Shown here: positions 31,783 to 40,451 of the stretch, in pieces | How positions within the stretch are numbered: position 1 is the stretch's first letter | Layout: each line of letters begins with the position of its first letter | From: Octopus bimaculoides | Lineage: Eukaryota | Length of the DNA: 40,451 nucleotides | Reading direction: 5' to 3' | Assembly (NCBI RefSeq): GCF_001194135.2 | Contig: NC_068996.1 | Location: forward strand, 44,378,992-44,419,442 | Translations under genes and position numbers: made by a program | Notes under the pieces: generated by a model | What the model saw: the letters and a program-made list of their open reading frames with translations, nothing else | The model's database searches: none | What the model was told of the DNA's origin: nothing

Positions 31783-33374
31783 TATATATATATACTTATA
31801 TATCTCACATTGACAATAATATAGTCATAACAGTATTTGTGTTTGTTCCCCACCATCTTTTGACAACCGGTGTTGGTTTGTTCATGCTCAAGTAACTTAG
31901 CAGTTCAGCGAAAGAGACAGAATAAGTAATAGGCTTTAAAAAAACAACAAAAAAACAAAGCGTATGTACTAGGGTCAATTTTTTACTACAAAATTCCTTC
32001 AAGGCGGTACCCCAGCACGACTGAGAAATAAGATCTCTTTACTTTCTGATTTGAACCCAAAATCAAGACAGACAAGGAAGTGAAGGAGGATCTTAACTCG
32101 GTCCTCGGTATTTTTCTTTTACCATCGTCTGAAAAGATGAGGTCTTGTTTAACTCAAAGTCAACGGTAACCAGGAAGAATTAAGAATGAATGCGTTTCCA
32201 GCCGTCACTATTTAGCCTTTTATGTATTTCTAGTTCTACGTTATTCAGTGTGTTTCCTTTTTTCAAATAGTAAAGTGTAATTTGAGGGAGGTTTAGTTGC
32301 TATGTCTTGCAGGTTGAGTATATATTATTGCCGTATATTACAAGAGTGGAATAAAGCCATCCACACTGTATAAATGAAAACGATTTTAGAGTACTACTTC
32401 CAATCCATATACGCAATTCATTTCATGTCTTGCGTTTCTCGTCAGCTGCAATTAGTTTCTCAGCAAAGAGGGTATAAAACTCAGTTGTCTATGTTTTATT
32501 TCCTTTCCGAATAAGAACTCAGACAGACGCGTTGGTAATTTCATTCCCGGCAGCAATAATTTCATTGTGGTTTTTCTGTCGCTTTATTCAAATGATTGCC
32601 TATGCAAATGACTATGCAGACCGCCATCAGTCTTGTTGAATACTGTTATAACTATAATATTGTCAGTGTGAGATATATAAGTATATTTATAAAGTGAAAT
32701 AATGCTGCCGCTAATGTATCAAGTATATTTGTAAAGTGAAATATAACCAATTATAAAGTAATGAATGTGAGTTAAGTATGTTAGAATACTGAGATAAAGT
32801 TAACTATAATGTGACCAATAATAACGATAATTATGTCATAATATACTTATCAATCATAGAGACAACATTATGAGATAGACTGAAATAACGCTAATTATAC
32901 TGCAACCAAAGGGAAAGATATGGGTGCTGCTGGATGTAGCGACAAGTAAGTATCGAAGGAAGAGAATGGGAGACATTGAACCCTGAAGGGTACCAGGAGT
33001 ACATGTGTATGCAACAGAAAGAACACCACTAACTCGCTCGAGACAGTGTGATCAGACTGCTTGCTACCGATCCAAGAAGGCGGGAAGCTTTGCATACTAG
33101 CCACGATTGAAGTTTCAGGTAAGAACACTGCTATCATCAAGGAACTGGTTGCAAAAAGAAACTATATTTAGTCTAGTCCCGCTGAAGATAAGACAACCCC
33201 TCCAGTGCTGGTGCCACGATAAAATGCACACCGCTTACACTGTGCATAGAATATGATGAGTTTTTGTCGAACTTTAAAACTGAAACGATCTTGCTTAATT
33301 TCTAAATTCTGTAGATTTACCAATGTCGGCACGAATAATTTTAGATGTTGGTGAGTGCAGTGATTCCTCTAAAT

Positions 33375-33955
33375 CATGGATTCTCAACCGGTTTTTTTTT
33401 TTATCTATGGACTCCTTTGATTGCTATTTTATTCTGGTGGACCCCATAGCCATTCGATGTTTAAAACCTAGTTTTATAGAAACTTCTTTTAAAATCTCTA
33501 TTTTGTTTTTCACACATTAACTTGTTTAGGTTGAATTATGTAAAATGTTAGGGAAAGAAACTCAGCTGTTTCTTGCAATACATACCAATACATACATCTA
33601 AAGCAGGGGTTCCCATCAATTTTTTTTTTGTTATCTATGAACCACTTTGATTACTATTTTATTCTGGTGGACTCATATAGCCTTTCTATGTTTAAAAACT
33701 AGTTTTATAGAGACTTCTTTCAAAATTTCTATTTTGTTTCACACACATTCACTTGTGTAGGCTGATCTAAGTAAAATGTTAAAGAAAGAAACCCAGCTGT
33801 TTCTTGCAGTACATACCAATACATACATCTAAAATAACCTTTTTTCAGGGGCCCTTAAAATACTATTGTGGAACCCTAATTTATTATTTTGCGGCGTGGA
33901 CCCCACCAAAATCTTATATGATCCCTCAGGGTCCATACTGATCCCGGTTGAGAAT
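33375..33955. mobile_element. hAT-type MITE with a tandem duplication of its left ~228 nt
   Basis: Left TIR at 33375 (CATGGATTCTCAACC) after CTCTAAAT. A second left TIR at 33604 (CAGGGGTTCCC) follows ATCTAAAG. Units 33375-33603 and 33604-33831 align. Right end GGTTGAGAA at about 33947-33955. Confidence 0.7.
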
Positions 33956-33989
33956 GTAAAGGTGACATTTTTTCCCCGGATTTTGGATA

Positions 33990-34620
33990 TTTGGATTATT
34001 TTACAGCTTTCCTATATTAGTTGGGTTGAGGATAAAGTCTAGAAGGAATAAGAACATTTAGCTTTGTATTTCGGAATTCCTTGTGTGGTTTCTGGTAGTT
34101 GATTTTGGAAAACAGCTTGTTAGCTGTTGGAATGATATGAATGTAAATGTGTTATCAGGAGTTGTTACCGTGACATTTGATATAGTACGGCTATTGTTAA
34201 ATCTGTCAATACTGCTAATTATTTTGGGGCAAAGATTTATAATTTGTTTCGTGGTTTACGATAGATGCAAATGTTTGCCACTTTTCTGCTTGCAATTGTT
34301 TAGATTCTTTTAATTTCCGTGTTGTTTTTTTCTTTTTATTTGCTTTTTTAGGGGTGTGAATTTTGTTTCATGTGTATGTGTGTATGTTGATGTGTTGTAT
34401 TTTTCAGTTCTTCAGTAACGTATTTGTGGTTGCATTTTTATACATTGCCTTCTGGCATGCTTTGTTTGTGAGCATGTACAATTATTTCTTGAATTTATGC
34501 ACTGTAATGTCTATGTTGGCGATTGAAATATTATTTTCTGTGTGTTCTACAAATCTCAGTTCATTTTGTAGCAGAAGTAGTTCTCCTGGTTACCCGCCTT
34601 TTTTTTTGTTATGTGTGCAA
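33990..34620 (-). pseudogene. Possible very old Penelope-like RT remnant
   Basis: Minus-strand LRFVEHTENNISIANIDITV weakly recalls the Penelope RT FT.E.E.N.S..FLDI motif, and it abuts a hammerhead-like motif at 34661. Many stops. Confidence 0.25.
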
Positions 34621-34660
34621 GTGGACTAAACAGAACAGGAAAAAAACAGGTTGAATAGAA

Positions 34661-34705
34661 GAGTCGCTGAAGAGGTCAGAGATGTGCTACGAAAGATTCC
34701 CAGAC
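34661..34705 (+). ncRNA. Hammerhead-like motif (CUGAAGA and GAAA present, stems imperfect)
   Basis: GAGTCG-CTGAAGA-GGTCAGAGATGTGCTAC-GAAA-GATTCC-CAGAC. Homologous to 707-752 on the minus strand. Confidence 0.4.
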
Positions 34706-35244
34706 AATGGACAGAAGATAAAGTAAGAACAATAATAAACGAGTGCTTTCATTTTGTTCATTGATATGTATGTTGTAATAGAGACATATAAGTAGTCGAA
34801 CGAACATTAGAAGAACTGTGTGCCATGTGGTTTTAATAACAAGGTGCCTTGTGCAGAAGGTAGAATCTGAAGAGGAGTTATGGGTTTCTTGGTAAGGCAT
34901 GTTTGTGTATTGGTATAGATTGTTTTAGATATAGAAGAGTGTAATACATAGGCTGACGTGTCACTCTTGCGTTATCTATATTATTTTTGCAGCAGGATGT
35001 ATTGTGTACATCTCGAATATGGTATTTAGTGGTGCATTTCGGAAATGTATTTAGTGTGCATAACCTAGAGAGGGGGTAGAAAGGGGTGGCAACAGAGGGG
35101 TGGAGTGAAGGGGGAAGGAGAGGGAGAGAGAGAGGAGAGAGAGGGAGAGAGGGGAAGAGACGGAGAGAGGAGAGAGAGGGGGAAAAAGGGGAGAGAGAAT
35201 GAGAGATGGTGGTGGTGGCAGTGTGAATTTGTCTTTTACCTTTT

Positions 35245-35945
35245 ATGTGTTTCAGTCATTAGACTGCGGCCATGCTGTGGCAACGCCCTGTAAAAAAATT
35301 TAGTTGAATGAATCGACCCCAGTAAGTGATTTTAAAGCCTGGTACTTACTCCATCGGTCTCTTTTGAAGAACCGCTGATTTACGGTGACGTAAACAAACC
35401 AATACCTGTTGTCAAGCGGTGGTGGGTGACAAACACAGACACAAATCAACTGGAATACACACACGTATGCACACATACATACATGCGTATATATATATGA
35501 CGGGTTTCTTTCAGTCTTCGTCTTCCAAATACACTCACAAGGCTTTGGTCGGCCCGAAACTGTGGTAGAAGAGAGAGAGATATATGTGGCTCTGTGATAG
35601 AAGCTTGCTTCCCAACCACATGGTTTCGGGTTCAGTTCCACTGCGTGGCACCTTGGGCAAGTATCTTCTTCTATAGCCTCGGACCGACCAAAATCTTGTG
35701 AGTGGATTTGGTAAACAGAAACTGAAAGAAGCCGTCGCATATATAAATATTGGTGTGTGTGTGAGTCTTTGTGCCGCTTGGCGACCGGTGCTGGTGTGTT
35801 TACGTCCATGTAACTTAGCAGCTCGGCAAAATACATGCGATAGAATAAGTACTAGGCTCTCAAAAATAAGTCTTGGAGTTGATTTGTTTGACTAAAGTCC
35901 TTCAAGGTGGTGCTCCAGCCTGTCCAAGGTCAAATGAATGAAACA
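35245..35945. mobile_element. Back-to-back inverted pair of SINE family S2 copies (35245-35573 minus, 35586-35945 plus)
   Basis: Both match 18864-19274, in opposite orientations, with their 5' ends adjacent. Confidence 0.8.
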
Positions 35946-36630
35946 CACACGCGCGCGCGAACACACATACACGCACACATGCACATATATAAACATACAC
36001 ACACATTTCAAAAATAAAACTAGAATATTATTAATGAAAGCTTTATCAATAGTAAAATACAGATCTAACATTTACAGTTCTCTAGAGATAAACGAGTAGT
36101 TAGATCTTGATCAAAACAAGCAGGAGTTAACGGATAAATATTGTTATTTCAACTTTGATGCTTTTCCTCAATCACAGCTTCATTCTTATGTAACCTTATC
36201 GCCTACTACACAAATATTCAATTAAATCGCCAGTAACAGTACTAACAGCATTCAGAAGACGAGACCCAGAGGTCGAGAAATGTAAATAAATTATTGCTCT
36301 GGTTTCGCCAAGAGTAAATATCCAAATCATGATTTCTGTTAGACTTAACGATATTAATAACCTGCTGTCAGAACTCAATATACTTATGTTTGAGAGTAAA
36401 GCGCCAGGAGAGTACGGAGCGGAATGTTAATAAATTAATGGCAAAAGAATTGAAGTTAGGCATTCATTTTCATTAGCTTACAACTGTTTCTGCTGCAATA
36501 TGCATTGCGCTCAGAGCTGAGTGCTTATGCGACATCTTATAATCTTAGAGATTAAGAATTGTATGATTATTGCTGAAAGCATTTAAATTTAGAGTTAGTT
36601 ACCTTTAGAACCATGTATAATGTTATACAG

Positions 36631-36662
36631 TTGGAGGAGGAGAAATTCCCGCCCAATGATAA
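36631..36662 (+). other. Candidate 32-nt exon
   Basis: TGTTATACAG|TTGGAGGAGGAGAAATTCCCGCCCAATGATAA|GTACGT. Phase 0 reads LEEEKFPPND. Protein not recognised. Confidence 0.25.
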
Positions 36663-36705
36663 GTACGTATATCTATACATATATTTCTAAATCAAAACAC
36701 ACACA

Positions 36706-36749
<44 letters not shown>

Positions 36750-36946
36750 CACGCACGCGCGCGCTCTCGTACATATATATATATACACGTACAAAGAGAA
36801 GAACAGACAAATATACACAAACGTGTCTTCATATATACACTCATGAATAGAAACGCGATATACACACATAGACGCACACACACACATACGAATATATGTA
36901 TATATATATATATGTACATAGATATATATGTATATATATTTATATA

Positions 36947-36990
<44 letters not shown>

Positions 36991-38240
36991 TATGTACGTA
37001 TAAATATATATGTATATATATATAGGTATATATTTATATATACGTACTAATATACACATTTGTGTGTAAACGTTCTCACTCACACACACACATATATACA
37101 GAAAGACAGGTACAAAGATGTGTGTGTGCGCGCGTGCGTTTAAGTGTGTGTGTCTGTAAGCGCATGCGCACTTACATAGACACAGATATACACATGAAGA
37201 CACCTACAAATGTATCTATGGATGCATACATTTATATTATGTATGTATGTATGCATGTACGTATGTGTGTGTGTATGTATGCATGTATGTATATGTATGA
37301 TTCTTTCACTGTGTTGACCATTTTAAAACCATCGAACTGAGACCATTTAGCAATTGCAAAGACTTGCTTATAATCATTTCCTATCATTTCATTTACGTAA
37401 CTAGAGCCATCGAAAAAGCTATGAACATTACGCAATATCATTTCCATCTCTACTATAAATAAATCTGAATCTCTTTGTCTATTGTAAGAAATACATTTAA
37501 ACGAAATCTTTGAAGTTGTATATGTATATGTATATGTACACATACATATATATATATATATATATGTANNNNNNNNNNNNNNNNNNNNNNNNNNNNNNNN
37601 NNNNNNNNNNNNNNNNNNNNNNNNNNNNNNNNNNNNNNNNNNNNNNNNNNNNNNNNNNNNNNNNNNNNNNNNNNNNNNNNNNNNNNNNNNNNNNNNNNNN
37701 NNNNNNNNNNNNNNNNNNNNNNNNNNNNNNNNNNNNNNNNNNNNNNNNNNNNNNNNNNNNNNNNNNNNNNNNNNNNNNNNNNNNNNNNNNNNNNNNNNNN
37801 NNNNNNNNNNNNNNNNNNNNNNNNNNNNNNNNNNNNNNNNNNNNNNNNNNNNNNNNNNNNNNNNNNNNNNNNNNNNNNNNNNNNNNNNNNNNNNNNNNNN
37901 NNNNNNNNNNNNNNNNNNNNNNNNNNNNNNNNNNNNNNNNNNNNNNNNNNNNNNNNNNNNNNNNNNNNNNNNNNNNNNNNNNNNNNNNNNNNNNNNNNNN
38001 NNNNNNNNNNNNNNNNNNNNNNNNNNNNNNNNNNNNNNNNNNNNNNNNNNNNNNNNNNNNNNNNNNNNNNNNNNNNNNNNNNNNNNNNNNNNNNNNNNNN
38101 NNNNNNNNNNNNNNNNNNNNNNNNNNNNNNNNNNNNNNNNNNNNNNNNNNNNNNNNNNNNNNNNNNNNNNNNNNNNNNNNNNNNNNNNNNNNNNNNNNNN
38201 NNNNNNNNNNNNNNNNNNNTATATACATATATATATATAC

Positions 38241-38278
<38 letters not shown>

Positions 38279-38384
38279 GTACAGACACATATATCAACAC
38301 ATGTATATATATATATTTATACACACACACATACAAACACACATGCTCGATGCCTACTTTGATATCAAGAAGATAATGCCCAGA

Positions 38385-38415
<31 letters not shown>

Positions 38416-38671
38416 ACAAATGTTGTCAATTGCTAACACAATTAGTATCCAAAGAATGTTGATTAATTATCGTTTGAATTTTACCTTAAACAATGTTTCG
38501 TCGGCATTCACTAGCGATAATTTCCGATAAAATCAAATTACTAGCAATCGTTAACGATTGCCAAAAGCTTTGGTCTACTTAAACTTCTCTGGGATTGACA
38601 GCAACTCAATTCAATAAAATCTATCTCGCAAGACTAGTTAAAACAACTGCAACTTCACTGCATTACTATCA

Positions 38672-38687
38672 TTGTTATTGTTATTGC

Positions 38688-38776
<89 letters not shown>

Positions 38777-38820
38777 CTAGTAGTAGTAGTAGTAGTAGCA
38801 GTAGTAGTAGTGGTTGTTGC
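38672..38820. repeat. Compound (TTA)n-(GTA)n microsatellite
   Basis: Directly visible; gives the poly-L/poly-V ORF. Confidence 0.95.
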
Positions 38821-40451
38821 AGAAGTTTTCAGATATTTACGATATTTAGTTTTTTTTTTGTTTTTGTTTTGTTTTGTTTATGGCCGCGAAAGATGAAGTA
38901 TGGCACTCAGAAATTGCGGAGCATGCAGGCATGGGCGCTGGTAGGCTTGTATGCTCGCATGTTTGTGAGCGTTGTGCAAGTATACATATGCTTATCCATA
39001 TACGTATATATACATGTATGTTTGAATATCATATATGTATATATATATATGTATATATATATATATGTATAAGTATATATATATGTATATATGTATATAT
39101 ATGTATATATGTGTGTGTATNNNNNNNNNNNNNNNNNNNNNNNNNNNNNNNNNNNNNNNNNNNNNNNNNNNNNNNNNNNNNNNNNNNNNNNNNNNNNNNN
39201 NNNNNNNNNNNNNNNNNNNNNNNNNNNNNNNNNNNNNNNNNNNNNNNNNNNNNNNNNNNNNNNNNNNNNNNNNNNNNNNNNNNNNNNNNNNNNNNNNNNN
39301 NNNNNNNNNNNNNNNNNNNNNNNNNNNNNNNNNNNNNNNNNNNNNNNNNNNNNNNNNNNNNNNNNNNNNNNNNNNNNNNNNNNNNNNNNNNNNNNNNNNN
39401 NNNNNNNNNNNNNNNNNNNNNNNNNNNNNNNNNNNNNNNNNNNNNNNNNNNNNNNNNNNNNNNNNNNNNNNNNNNNNNNNNNNNNNNNNNNNNNNNNNNN
39501 NNNNNNNNNNNNNNNNNNNNNNNNNNNNNNNNNNNNNNNNNNNNNNNNNNNNNNNNNNNNNNNNNNNNNNNNNNNNNNNNNNNNNNNNNNNNNNNNNNNN
39601 NNNNNNNNNNNNNNNNNNNNNNNNNNNNNNNNNNNNNNNNNNNNNNNNNNNNNNNNNNNNNNNNNNNNNNNNNNNNNNNNNNNNNNNNNNNNNNNNNNNN
39701 NNNNNNNNNNNNNNNNNNNNNNNNNNNNNNNNNNNNNNNNNNNNNNNNNNNNNNNNNNNNNNNNNNNNNNNNNNNNNNNNNNNNNNNNNNNNNNNNNNNN
39801 NNNNNNNNNNNNNNNNNNNNNNNNNNNNNNNNNNNNNNNNNNNNNNNNNNNNNNNNNNNNNNNNNNNNNNNNNNNNNNNNNNNNNNNNNNNNNNNNNNNN
39901 NNNNNNNNNNNNNNNNNNNNNNNNNNNNNNNNNNNNNNNNNNNNNNNNNNNNNNNNNNNNNNNNNNNNNNNNNNNNNNNNNNNNNNNNNNNNNNNNNNNT
40001 GTGTGTGTGTGTGTGTGTGCGTGTGTTTGTGTAAGGGTATCAAATTAACACGTATTTAGAGACGGGTATTTGAAACTAAACGCTGTGTTCCATGTGGCGT
40101 TGATACGAGTGCAGATGTCTTTTTCTGTTTACTTTCTCTCTTTCTGTATCCATACACATACGAACATTGCTTACAGAAAACAGAGTAGCTACAACTTCGA
40201 AGTTCTCGATGTCTCACGAGTTGTTGTTGTCGTGTGTTTGTGTGCCTATCTGTTGTGTGTGTGTATATGTATATGTGTGCATGCGTGTGTGTGTGTGTTT
40301 GTGTCTATGCGTATGTAAATGCTTGTGAGTTTACATACGCATACATATATATACGCATCTCTGTCTGTCTGTCGGTCTCTCCTCTCTCTCTCTCTATATA
40401 TATATATTTATATATGTGTGTCTGTCTATATATATATATATATATATATAT

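Larger units (their letters stand above)
1852..39999. other. Assembly gaps (N runs): 1852-1861, 3168-3241, 7484-7493, 22429-22528, 23341-23876, 27185-27813, 29185-29194, 31028-31148, 37569-38219, 39121-39999
   Basis: Directly visible. The three 10-N gaps are probably placeholders of unknown true size. Confidence 0.98.

Noticed and set aside
32920-32945. ATG...GACAA|GTAAGT (MGAAGCSD), a possible start exon
   Set aside because: Only a donor match supports it; such 6-mers are frequent in AT-rich DNA and the surrounding sequence has stops in all frames.
37300-37520. About 80 open codons on the minus strand with a plausible acceptor (RDSDLFIVEMEMILRNVHSFFDGSSY...)
   Set aside because: No convincing donor and no recognisable domain; an open stretch of this length is expected occasionally by chance.
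38544-38561. Perfect 18-bp palindrome GCAATCGTTAACGATTGC
   Set aside because: Single short occurrence with no supporting context; noted only.
23304-40059. Long ORFs made mostly of X (23304-23964, 26941-27862, 37232-38376, 38874-40059)
   Set aside because: They are read-through of N gaps, not real coding sequence.

Overview
AT-rich, microsatellite-dense eukaryotic genomic scaffold with ten N gaps. The repeat content (tRNA-derived SINE families, RTE and R4/Dong-type LINE relics, Penelope-like repeats) strongly suggests an octopus/cephalopod genome; this is an inference, not a database match. Only one host-gene exon is well supported: a 141-nt phase 1-1 exon at 4479-4619 (+) encoding KMVKDLPFLQYHEQPTIAIITSLYSEKLAVDAMIDNKSTYFKNKTD, the start of a nucleoside-phosphorylase-like (PNP_UDP_1) domain. 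The rest looks intronic or intergenic: an open RTE LINE fragment (3-242), three restriction-like-endonuclease LINE relics bordered by (TAA)n, many SINEs, three short Helitron-like elements, hAT/MITE elements and long inverted repeats. Most ORF-track entries are microsatellite or gap artefacts. The most interesting signal is RNA-level: at least nine hammerhead-ribozyme-like motifs in about five unrelated repeat families, including a two-copy long-stem type I hammerhead family and a tRNA-headed SINE-like element carrying a Penelope-type minimal hammerhead. Also notable are a 313-nt gap-free palindrome whose arm differences mostly keep G:U pairing on the + strand, and a 4-5-fold step in CpG density near 20.6 kb. 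No CRISPR array, rRNA gene or intact tRNA gene was seen.
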